The notes beneath the pieces are model-generated. The model was not told the DNA's origin and did no database searches. It worked only from the letters and a program-made list of their open reading frames with translations. From an uncultured delta proteobacterium (lineage in GTDB: Bacteria > Myxococcota_A > Polyangia > Polyangiales > Houyiibacteriaceae): 64,000 nt of DNA. Location of the stretch: the NCBI GenBank assembly GCA_963768985.1, contig CAVYJZ010000009.1, positions 726,546-790,545 of the forward strand, in the 5' to 3' direction. Both the position numbers and the translations under genes were made by a program. Of the stretch, positions 26,588 through 35,309 are shown piece by piece (positions within the stretch are counted from its first letter, which is position 1; each line of letters starts with the position of its first letter).

Positions 26588-29092
26588 ATGGAAACGAAGG
26601 GCTCCTCTCCGCGCGAAGAGGTAATCGTACAAGACGATCGCACTGGGCTCGACGTCGACACGCTGCGCCGAGCGATCCAGGACAACCTGTTTTACCGCTG
26701 TGGCAATGTCCCGAGGCTCGCAACCCGGTCGGACTATTACCTCGCGGTCGCGTACACCGTGCGGGATCGGCTCATGCAGCGCTGGCTGAGCACGGCCGGG
26801 GCGTTGCTCGATGAGCCGACACGCGTGGTCTGCTATTTTTCCGCGGAGTACTTGCTCGGGCCATCCTTGGGCAACGCTCTGTTGAACCTCGGGATTCGCG
26901 ACCAAGTGGCACAGGCTGTCGCTTCGTTGGGGCATAACCTCGACGCGCTCATCGAGGAGGAACACGAGCCAGGCCTCGGCAACGGTGGTTTGGGTCGTCT
27001 GGCCGCGTGCTTCATGGACTCGCTGTCGACGTTGCAAATTCCCGCGGCGGGCTACGGCTTGAGATATGAGTTCGGCATCTTCGAGCAGCGAATCAAAGAC
27101 GGCTGGCAGGTCGAGCGCACCGACAAATGGTTGCGTCGCGGCAATCCCTGGGAAGTGGCTAGGCCGGAGTACGGCTATCCCGTCGGTTTCGGCGGCCATA
27201 CCGAGACATACACCGACGAGAAGGGGCACTACCGAGTTCGCTGGCGACCCGACACCGTCGTCAAGGGGGTCGCGTATGCCACGCCCATTCCCGGATACAA
27301 GGTCAACAACATGAACATGCTCCGTCTCTGGTCTGCGGAGGCGGTCGAAACGTTCGACTTCGAGAGCTTCAATCAAGGCGACTACTACGGTGCAGTCGAG
27401 GGCAAGGTGGCCTCGGAGACGCTGACCAAGGTGCTCTATCCCAACGACGAACCCGCACAAGGCAAGCAGCTGAGGCTCCAGCAGCAGTATTTTCTGGTGT
27501 CCTGCTCGCTACAAGACCTGCTCAGGCTGCACCACCTGCGGGGCGGTCGGCCCGACGACCTACACGAATGGTTCGCCATTCAGCTAAACGATACCCACCC
27601 AACGCTCGCGATACCCGAGCTCATGCGCTTGCTGTTGGACTTGCACGGGATGGGCTGGGAAGCCGCCTGGGAGATCACCTCGAAGACGTTTGCATACACG
27701 AATCACACCTTGCTCCCCGAAGCCCTCGAGACCTGGCCGTTGCCGATGTTCGGGCGATTGTTGCCGCGTCACCTCGAAATCGTCTACGAGATCAACGCTC
27801 GCTTCATGGATGAGGTCCGTGCACGCTTTCCTGGCGACTACCAGAGGCAGGCGCGAATGTCTCTGATCGACGACCACGGTCAAGGCGCTGTGCGCATGGC
27901 CAATCTCGCAACCGTAGGCAGCTTCTCGGTGAACGGGGTGTCCGCTCTGCACACCGAGTTGCTGAAGACCCGCGTCATGCGCGATTTCGACGAGCTCTAT
28001 CCGGGCAAGTTCAACAACAAGACCAACGGCGTGACGCCTCGCCGCTTCATGGCGCTTGCGAACCCCGAGCTTGCCCAGCTGATCACGGCCCAGATCGGGG
28101 AACGATGGATCACGGACCTCGACCAGCTCCGACAGCTCGAAGAGCTCGCGGACGACCCCGAGTTTCAGGAGAAATGGCGGGGCGTCAAGGCCGCCCGCAA
28201 GAGGGTTGCGGCCAAACACGCGCGCAACCTCATGCAGGTCGAAGCCGATCTCGATTCGATGTTCGACGTTCAAGTCAAGCGCATCCACGAGTACAAGCGC
28301 CAACATTTGGCGGTGTTGCACATCGTGCACCTGTATCGAGAGATCAAGGAAGGCCGTGGTCTCGGGACTCCCCCCCGGACCTTCGTCTTCGGTGGCAAAG
28401 CAGCGCCCGGTTACGCGATGGCCAAGCTCATCATCAAATTGATCAACTCCGTCGGCGAGGTGGTGGATTCCGACCCCGACAGCCGGGGCAGGCTGAAGGT
28501 CGTGTTCATCCCGAACTTCAACGTCAAGACCGCACAGCTCGTCTATCCTTGCGCGGACTTGTCCGAGCAAATCTCGACGGCCGGCAAGGAAGCGTCCGGG
28601 ACGGGCAACATGAAGTTTTCGATGAACGGGGCACTCACGATCGGGACGCTCGACGGAGCGAACGTGGAGATTCGAGATGCGGTTGGAGCGGAGAACTTCT
28701 TTCTCTTCGGGCACACGGCAGAACAGATTCAAATGCTGCGCCAGACGGGTTACCAGCCGTATGCGTACTACGAGCAAAATTCGTCGCTCAAGGCGGCTCT
28801 GGACCTAGTCGGTTCCGGTCATTTTTCGCAGGGAGACCGGGGGCTGTTCCAGCCGTTGATCGACAGCCTGATCCATCACGACGAGTACTTCGTTCTCGCC
28901 GACTTCCAATCCTACGTCGACTGCCAGAAGGAAGTCAGCAAGGCCTGGGAAGACCAGCATCATTGGACAACGATGTCGATCCTCAACACGGCGCGGATGG
29001 GGTGGTTCTCCTCGGATCGCACGATCCGCGAATACAGCCGAGACATCTGGCGGGTCGAGCCGCGCCCGGTGCGACTGGTCCATCCGGGCTGA
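26588..29092 (+). CDS. glgP: glycogen/maltodextrin phosphorylase
   Basis: Motifs GLGNGGLGRLAACF, QLNDTHP, YTNHT, TNGVTPRR, VKRIHEYKRQ and EASGTGNMKF (PLP Lys). Confidence 0.97.
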   Translation: METKGSSPREEVIVQDDRTGLDVDTLRRAIQDNLFYRCGNVPRLATRSDYYLAVAYTVRDRLMQRWLSTAGALLDEPTRVVCYFSAEYLLGPSLGNALLNLGIRDQVAQAVASLGHNLDALIEEEHEPGLGNGGLGRLAACFMDSLSTLQIPAAGYGLRYEFGIFEQRIKDGWQVERTDKWLRRGNPWEVARPEYGYPVGFGGHTETYTDEKGHYRVRWRPDTVVKGVAYATPIPGYKVNNMNMLRLWSAEAVETFDFESFNQGDYYGAVEGKVASETLTKVLYPNDEPAQGKQLRLQQQYFLVSCSLQDLLRLHHLRGGRPDDLHEWFAIQLNDTHPTLAIPELMRLLLDLHGMGWEAAWEITSKTFAYTNHTLLPEALETWPLPMFGRLLPRHLEIVYEINARFMDEVRARFPGDYQRQARMSLIDDHGQGAVRMANLATVGSFSVNGVSALHTELLKTRVMRDFDELYPGKFNNKTNGVTPRRFMALANPELAQLITAQIGERWITDLDQLRQLEELADDPEFQEKWRGVKAARKRVAAKHARNLMQVEADLDSMFDVQVKRIHEYKRQHLAVLHIVHLYREIKEGRGLGTPPRTFVFGGKAAPGYAMAKLIIKLINSVGEVVDSDPDSRGRLKVVFIPNFNVKTAQLVYPCADLSEQISTAGKEASGTGNMKFSMNGALTIGTLDGANVEIRDAVGAENFFLFGHTAEQIQMLRQTGYQPYAYYEQNSSLKAALDLVGSGHFSQGDRGLFQPLIDSLIHHDEYFVLADFQSYVDCQKEVSKAWEDQHHWTTMSILNTARMGWFSSDRTIREYSRDIWRVEPRPVRLVHPG

Positions 29093-29098
29093 GGTGAC

Positions 29099-29872
29099 TT
29101 AGCGGGCCTCGGCGGCTAGCAGGCCCACTTCTTCAGCGCTCAGGGCTCGGTCATAGATCCTCAGGTTGTCGATCGCTCCGGCCCAGGACTCGCCCGCGTC
29201 GAAGCTTCCGCCGACTTCGTCCTGATCCTGTCCGAAGACGAGGCCACCCGGATCGATGTCCAGGATCGCCCCGTCGACGTTGACGGCGCCGCCGAGCCGT
29301 GAACCGTCGAGATAGAGCAGAGCGCTGTTACCCGAGCGGGTGAGGGCAATATGGTGCCACTGGCCGTCTTCGATCGTCGCGTCGGTGGCAAAGGCGGAGG
29401 AGCCATTATTGACTCCCACGACCCACTCGTCAGTCGCTTCTCGGTACCAGAAGATCAGGGCGTTGTCCTCGACGGCGTTGGCGCCGCTGATCACTTCGTG
29501 GCTTTCGTTTCGAAGCGTATCGATCCTCAGCCACGCGGCGAAGGTGAAATCGCTCAAGCCGTCCATCACCGAGGAAGGAAGCGTCAACATGTCGGTCGCG
29601 TTGTTTCCGACTACCAATTCTCCAGACCCAGTGGCCCCGCCAAGCAGCATTCCATCCTTTCCATTGCCGCTTTGATCGCTGGCATCCCCGCTGAACGATA
29701 GGAAGGCCTGAAGGCCCTCGGTCGGGACCTTCGGCGCGGGATCACCGCCGCCTCCGCCAGTTCCACCAGAGCCGGCTGTGCCGCCGGTTCCCGCGCTGCC
29801 GCTGCCATCGCCTCCGCACCCCTGTGCTGCGGCTACCACTGCGGTTAGCAACACCAAATGTATGACCCTCAT
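29099..29872 (-). CDS. pentraxin/LamG-domain lipoprotein
   Basis: Lipobox AQGC; Gly/Thr/Ser linker; motifs FTFAAW, DGQWHHIAL and GQDQD..GGSFD..ES..G.IDNLRIYDRALS. Confidence 0.85.
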   Translation of the reverse strand: MRVIHLVLLTAVVAAAQGCGGDGSGSAGTGGTAGSGGTGGGGGDPAPKVPTEGLQAFLSFSGDASDQSGNGKDGMLLGGATGSGELVVGNNATDMLTLPSSVMDGLSDFTFAAWLRIDTLRNESHEVISGANAVEDNALIFWYREATDEWVVGVNNGSSAFATDATIEDGQWHHIALTRSGNSALLYLDGSRLGGAVNVDGAILDIDPGGLVFGQDQDEVGGSFDAGESWAGAIDNLRIYDRALSAEEVGLLAAEAR

Positions 29873-29974
29873 CCTCGACCTCCCAGCATCCGTGATCCGA
29901 TGCCTACCGTATTCTTCGCAGGCAAAACAGGGTCAGCGAGCTCCAGCGCCCTCATGGGTGACATGGTGTCGTAT

Positions 29975-29992
29975 TTGTGAGATGACTCACAA
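29975..29992. promoter_or_regulatory. CRP/FNR-family operator (perfect 7-4-7 inverted repeat)
   Basis: TTGTGAG-ATGA-CTCACAA contains the exact TGTGA-N6-TCACA consensus. It lies midway between divergent starts at 29872 and 30102. Confidence 0.65.
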
Positions 29993-30101
29993 TCGCCGTG
30001 CCTGCCCGGGGCCTCGATCCACCGCGATATCGGCCGCGCCTCCATTCGTGTATGCTCGCCACTCGGCCGGGCGACACGCGCGACGAGTGAGGTTGGTTCC
30101 C

Positions 30102-30836
30102 ATGAAATTCACTGCATCCATGCTGACGATTTTCGCAGCTTCCATCTTGACCCTACAGAGTTGCAGCAGCGACACGAGCGGCGGTAACAGCGAGCTCGCG
30201 GCCGTGCTCGACGCCACTGCCGATAGCCAAGGCGTGGCACCCGGGGAGTGTCGCGACGGGTGCGTCGCCAATGGGCTAGGGGCCTTCGACGAGTGTACCG
30301 CAAATGGCGATGATCGGGAGGCATGCTTCGGACAGGCCATCCACACCTTCTTCGAATGCGCGAAGGCCTGTGAGCCGCCGACTTGCCAGGGTCGCTGTGA
30401 GAACGACGCCAAGACGATGTACGACCAGTGCGTCGCAGATGGTGGCACCAAGGACGAATGCGCGATGGCAGCACGTGCAGCCCTGGCCGCTTGCGTAGCC
30501 GAGAACTGCCCAGCGCCGAAGCCTCCACCCTGCGCAGATCGTTGCGCGGCATTTTCCGAGCGCGTGCACACGGCGTGCATTGAGACCATCGCCTCCGAAG
30601 ATCGCTGCGCTGCGATCGCGGCTCGCGTTCTCGAGCATTGTAGCGCCAGGTGCGAAGGTGTTCCGTGTGGCTGTCCCGAGCCATGTGCCTGCGACGACGG
30701 GGACAGTGACACCGACCGTCATTGCAAGTGCGATGACGCAGACAGCGATTCGGATAGCGATAGCGGCAAACACCACGACACGGATTGCGACAGGTCGCAC
30801 TCCGACTCGAAAAAGCGTGGAGACAGCTGCGACTAA
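30102..30836 (+). CDS. Cys-rich repeat lipoprotein with Asp/Ser/His-rich tail
   Basis: GAGG RBS; lipobox LQSC; three CX3CX10CX9CX10CX3-4C units; tail containing DSDSDSDSGKHHDTDC. Confidence 0.75.
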   Translation: MKFTASMLTIFAASILTLQSCSSDTSGGNSELAAVLDATADSQGVAPGECRDGCVANGLGAFDECTANGDDREACFGQAIHTFFECAKACEPPTCQGRCENDAKTMYDQCVADGGTKDECAMAARAALAACVAENCPAPKPPPCADRCAAFSERVHTACIETIASEDRCAAIAARVLEHCSARCEGVPCGCPEPCACDDGDSDTDRHCKCDDADSDSDSDSGKHHDTDCDRSHSDSKKRGDSCD

Positions 30837-30854
30837 GGCGTTGAAGCCTCGTCC

Positions 30855-31997
30855 GTGCTGGAACCACTTGGCATCGCGTCACAGTCACCCCGAATGCCGG
30901 CTATCGGCGCCAATCTGATCCTTCTCGGCTTCCTCGGCGCAGTCGCTTGGCTCGAGGCTAGCTATCCAGATCTCTACTACCGAAGCGTCCAGGAGGACCA
31001 GGCGCTCGAGTGGGCTTCGTTCTGGAGCTTCTTGATCGCCGGGGGCGTATTCGCGCTCGCCGCACGAAACCAGCGTCGAGCGACCAAAGCACTCCCTTGG
31101 TTCCTCGCCGGGGTCGCGCTTTTCTGCTTCTTCGTGGCGATGGAAGAGGTTTCCTGGGGTCAACGCGTCTTTGGGCAGCTCCCGCCCGAGTACTTCTTGG
31201 CGCAGAACTACCAACAAGAGCTCAACGTTCACAACCTCCTGAGCACCAAGCTTCGCCTGTTTGCGTTTCGTGCCGTCATTCTCGGCTACGGAGTCTTGCT
31301 GCCTGTCGCGGCGTTCTTCCCCTCCATCCGTCGCCTGCTCGATCGAATCGCCGTCGTCCCTCCACCGGTGGAGCTCGTACCTTCGATGCTCGCGATGTTG
31401 TTGGTCCATATCTGGTACCCTTGGAAATTCACCGGCGAGGTCATCGAGTGCGCGCTCGGTTTCGCTTTTCTCTTTGCGGCTGGTGCGAACGCTGCCCGCT
31501 TGTCCGGCGGACGTATGGGAGATTCGCTCCTTCTACCGGTGAGCCTGGCGTCTCTCATCGCGGCGCTAGCCTTTTCGACTACTTGGTGGTCCGAGAACCG
31601 AGTGAGCCCGGATCCCGCAAATCTCGAGCTTGCGAATGTCGAGGTGACAGCGCTCGAGCGCGACCTCGTCGATGCGGCGGCGGCAAGAAGCATTTCGACG
31701 ATCAGCAAGTGCGGATTGCACAAGCGGCTCTACACATTCGTCCGTGGCAACGAGCGCGCACGGCGCTTGAGAGAGGGTTCGTTCGCGGCATTGGCAGCGA
31801 GCACGCTCCCCGAGGCTCGCGCCGAGTACTTCCTCGACCCTTGGAGCTCGCCGTATTGGATTCGCGATCGTTGCGACAAGAACGGGGGGCGGCGGGTAGT
31901 CTTCGTCTACTCGTTTGGGCCCAACCGAAGCAGAGATTCGAGTCGCTGGGAAATACTGGGTGACGACATCGGCCGTTACGTGCTCGTCGAGCCGTGA
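30855..31997 (+). CDS. membrane protein (EEVSWGQR/NVHN motif) fused to a GspG-like C-terminal domain
   Basis: Six to seven TM helices with AMEEVSWGQR...NYQQELNVHN; C-terminal FLDPWSSPY...VYSFGPNR..D...GDDI. The start is GTG 30855 or ATG 30894. Confidence 0.65.
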   Translation: MLEPLGIASQSPRMPAIGANLILLGFLGAVAWLEASYPDLYYRSVQEDQALEWASFWSFLIAGGVFALAARNQRRATKALPWFLAGVALFCFFVAMEEVSWGQRVFGQLPPEYFLAQNYQQELNVHNLLSTKLRLFAFRAVILGYGVLLPVAAFFPSIRRLLDRIAVVPPPVELVPSMLAMLLVHIWYPWKFTGEVIECALGFAFLFAAGANAARLSGGRMGDSLLLPVSLASLIAALAFSTTWWSENRVSPDPANLELANVEVTALERDLVDAAAARSISTISKCGLHKRLYTFVRGNERARRLREGSFAALAASTLPEARAEYFLDPWSSPYWIRDRCDKNGGRRVVFVYSFGPNRSRDSSRWEILGDDIGRYVLVEP

Positions 31998-32093
31998 GCC
32001 TCGCGATTGGAGAATGCCGAGCCGCTCCCCTGACAGCGCATTCGCTCTCTCGGTCGGCTGGTTCCAGTCGCCAAGTGGCGCTATCCCAATCGC

Positions 32094-32759
32094 ATGTCTT
32101 TGCTGCACGATTTCACCGCCCGCTACAGCTCGTCGGAGGCTTGGTTTTATGATCACGTCATTGCTCCGGCAGTGACGGACTTGGGTGAGACGGTAGTCGA
32201 CGCGCACCTTGGCCTGCTTCCTCACGGCGCCGAGGTGTTGGAGGTCGGATGCGGAGGTGGTCAATTCGCCCAGGCCCAGTTGGACAAGCGCGAGGACCTT
32301 CGCTGGACCGGCCTCGACGTGTCTGCCGACCAGATCGCTCGCGCCGTCCGTCGCAACGCCACGCACGCAGGAGCCTCCTTCGTCGTCGGAGACGCGCTCG
32401 ACCTTCCGTTTCCGGACGCGCGATTCGACGCGGTGACGAGCATCGCTTCGATCAAGCACTGGCCCGACCAAGCCAAGGGCCTCTCGGAATGCGTTCGGGT
32501 GCTTCGACCCGGCGGGCAGCTGATGGTGGTGGAAGCGGACCGCGGCTGCCGCCTCGAGGATGCAAGGTCGTTCGTCGCCCGTTGGCGGCTGCCTGCTCTT
32601 GCGCGTCCAATCAGTCTCCTGCTGTTCCGCACATTGGTGGCGGGTCGCTCTCTCGATATCGACGACGCCCGTGCGCTCTTGAGCGGTCTTCCGCTGGCGA
32701 GTTGGGAAGTGACCCGGCTTGCGGGAACGCCAGCAATCTTGATGCGCGGTAGGCGCTAA
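32094..32759 (+). CDS. class I SAM-dependent methyltransferase
   Basis: Motifs VLEVGCGGG, GLDVS, GDALDLPFPDARFD and RVLRPGG. Confidence 0.9.
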   Translation: MSLLHDFTARYSSSEAWFYDHVIAPAVTDLGETVVDAHLGLLPHGAEVLEVGCGGGQFAQAQLDKREDLRWTGLDVSADQIARAVRRNATHAGASFVVGDALDLPFPDARFDAVTSIASIKHWPDQAKGLSECVRVLRPGGQLMVVEADRGCRLEDARSFVARWRLPALARPISLLLFRTLVAGRSLDIDDARALLSGLPLASWEVTRLAGTPAILMRGRR

Positions 32760-32800
32760 CCACAGGTCGCCTGACGGCGTGAAGCCAACCGGTGCGCGGC

Positions 32801-33361
32801 TCAGCTACGCCGGGCGGTTCCGCAGATGGCGACAACGGACGAGCCGCCGAAGATCAAATTGATGCCGGCGAGGGTGCCGACCGCCCAGATCCCCGAGACG
32901 GGAAACTGCCGCCAGATCATGATGCCGAGCGCGAGGGCCACGACCCCGCTCAACAGCGTCCAACCCCAGCCCTTGATCGGCCGAAGTCGAAACGCCCAGA
33001 CGATCTGGAAGATCCCATCGACGAAGAAGAAGGTCGCGAGAACGAGTGTCAGTGTCGCAAGCGCCATACCGGGACGGGCGAGCATGTAACCGCCAATGAC
33101 GATCGAGAGCAGGCCCAGCAAGGAGACTAGCAATCCGTGCCCAAAGGAGCCCATCCGGAACGCGAGAAAAAGCCTTGACACGCCCGATGCGATGATGAGC
33201 ATACCGACGACGAGCGCGACCGAGAGCCCGGCCACCAGCGGCGAGATCAATGCCAGAACCCCCGCGACAACCGCAATTACGCCAACCGCCATCCCGACGC
33301 CAGCGTGCTGCTTGATCACGCTGAGAACCTCTTGTTCGGCTTCTTCCGTCCCGTTCGTCAT
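32801..33361 (-). CDS. HdeD/DUF308 membrane protein
   Basis: GGAGG RBS; six TM helices; motif GWGWTLLSG...IW..FP.SG.WAVG.LAGI.LIF.G. Confidence 0.85.
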   Translation of the reverse strand: MTNGTEEAEQEVLSVIKQHAGVGMAVGVIAVVAGVLALISPLVAGLSVALVVGMLIIASGVSRLFLAFRMGSFGHGLLVSLLGLLSIVIGGYMLARPGMALATLTLVLATFFFVDGIFQIVWAFRLRPIKGWGWTLLSGVVALALGIMIWRQFPVSGIWAVGTLAGINLIFGGSSVVAICGTARRS

Positions 33362-33547
33362 ACCGCACCTCCGGTGTGCCATATAGGAACCTGTCGCGAC
33401 TGAATGCGCAAGATACAATCTCGACCCATTCGATGGACTTGCGCGTGGGCAATACCCACCCCAGGTGCGGAGTGCACACGCGTCCCGATCGTTTGCGCTC
33501 CAAATCGTGGAACGTCGCCCCATACGAGCCCGTGATAGGTTTCGCCC

Positions 33548-34225
33548 GTGGAGCCGCTGATTCCGTTTGCCGCTGACCTCTGGAGCGTGGCTCGGCCGCT
33601 ACGGTTTTGGGGTCTCGAGACCGGCGCGCGCATGTCGGTCGTGCGCTTGAACGATGGCGGGCTTCTCGTGCACTCGCCAGTGCCGCTCGATGAGAAGCTC
33701 AAAGCCGAGGTCGACGCGCTTGGCACCGTCGAGGCAGTAGTCGCGCCGAGTCGCTTCCATCACTTGTCTGTGTGTGCATGGAAAGATGCGTATCCGCAGG
33801 CGGTCTTTGCATGTTGTCCCGGACTCGAGAAGAAGAGGGCGGACTTCGCGTGGGACCGCATTCTAGGCGACCGGCCGGAGGCAGAATGGGAACGCGAGCT
33901 CGACCAAGTCTGGTTCGCGGCGCGGACGATGGAGAGTGAAGTGGTCTTCTTTCACCGCCGGAGCCGCACGATGATCTGTGCTGATGTCATCTTCAATCTA
34001 ACGGAGCATCCCAAGCGTTTGACGCGGGTGGTCTCACGACTCACCGGCAATGGCAAGCCTGGCGCCACCTGGCTCGAGCATCTCACGATTCGCGACCGCA
34101 CCGGTGCCCGGGCGCAAATCGACCGCATGCTCGCGTGGAAGCCGGAGCGCATCTTGCTCGCCCACGGCAGATGCATCGAACGCGACGCGGAGGCGGTGCT
34201 GCGAAGCGCCTACGCGTGGCTGTGA
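33548..34225 (+). CDS. DUF4336 family protein (MBL-like)
   Basis: Motifs RMSVVRL.DGGLLVHSPV, APSRFHHL, EVVFFHR.SRT and ILLAHG. Confidence 0.85.
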   Translation: MEPLIPFAADLWSVARPLRFWGLETGARMSVVRLNDGGLLVHSPVPLDEKLKAEVDALGTVEAVVAPSRFHHLSVCAWKDAYPQAVFACCPGLEKKRADFAWDRILGDRPEAEWERELDQVWFAARTMESEVVFFHRRSRTMICADVIFNLTEHPKRLTRVVSRLTGNGKPGATWLEHLTIRDRTGARAQIDRMLAWKPERILLAHGRCIERDAEAVLRSAYAWL

Positions 34226-34371
34226 GGAAGAAAGCGTTCCAACCGTGTGCCGCAGCCACTCGCCCCAGTTCGCAACTTACCCCCTTGGATGCGCCTTTCG
34301 TCGGTTGGCGCGTGACACCGGGATTGTGCACGGCTAGGCTAGGGCCGGAAATTGAGGGAGGTCGTCTCGTG

Positions 34372-35292
34372 ATGAAGTACTTGCAACTTGCTCTTGCTGC
34401 CTCGATCATGCTCGTAGGGTGCGGCTCCGAAGCTTCGGGTACGGGCGGTACAGGCGGGACTGTGAGGGCTTGTGCGACGGACATCGCCGTCGGTGAGGTG
34501 CAAGCGTTCGGCCCGCCGATGCTGTTCCGCACGGAAGGCATCACCTTCGACGCCACCGGTAGGCTCTTTGTTTCGGCTCTCGACGATGCACCCAGCTCCA
34601 ACGATCAGCTCCTCGAGATCATGACCGACGGATCAAGCGAACCCGTCGCCGAAGCCGACTCCCTTCTCGGCATCGCGAGTGACGCGCGGGGGATCGTAGC
34701 AGCCAGCATCGACACAGGTGAGCTCCTTTTGATCCATCCTGACACTGGGGCCAACGAGGTCATCGCCAGCGGTCTCGGTGCGCCGAACTTCGTCGCGATC
34801 ACCCCATGGGACACGATCCTCGTTTCGGACGACACCAGGGGCGAGAATACGATTCACGAGGTCACCTGGGAGGGCGCGGTGTCGACCTGGGTGCAGGGCG
34901 TGCCGACTCCGAATGGAATGGTGTTCTCTTTGGACGCCAGGACGCTTTACGTCGCATCGACGTTCGAAGAGATAGGCCTCTGGCGCGTCCCCGTCGATCA
35001 AAGCGGAGCGGCGGGCACGCCCGACAAATGGGTCACCTTTCCTCCGGCCACGACGCCCGACGGTGTAGCCATCGACAGCGAGGGCAACGTCTATGTGGCG
35101 CTCAACATTGCGGGCCAAATCGCGAAGGTCGCGCCCGACGGCACTTTCACGACCCTCGCAAGCGGAGTCTATGCCGCAGCGAGCCTAGCTTTCGGCCAAG
35201 GTGACTTCGACCCTTGCTCACTCTATGTGACCAGTCTCTTGGGCACCCAACTCTGGCGGGTCGGGACTGGCATTCCCGGGGTCGAGGACTAG
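34372..35292 (+). CDS. SMP-30/gluconolactonase/LRE beta-propeller lipoprotein
   Basis: GGAGG RBS; lipobox LVGC; metal-ligand motifs TEG, PNG and PDGVAIDSEGNVYVA. Confidence 0.85.
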   Translation: MKYLQLALAASIMLVGCGSEASGTGGTGGTVRACATDIAVGEVQAFGPPMLFRTEGITFDATGRLFVSALDDAPSSNDQLLEIMTDGSSEPVAEADSLLGIASDARGIVAASIDTGELLLIHPDTGANEVIASGLGAPNFVAITPWDTILVSDDTRGENTIHEVTWEGAVSTWVQGVPTPNGMVFSLDARTLYVASTFEEIGLWRVPVDQSGAAGTPDKWVTFPPATTPDGVAIDSEGNVYVALNIAGQIAKVAPDGTFTTLASGVYAAASLAFGQGDFDPCSLYVTSLLGTQLWRVGTGIPGVED

Positions 35293-35309
35293 ACCCGAGC
35301 TCAGCGCGC

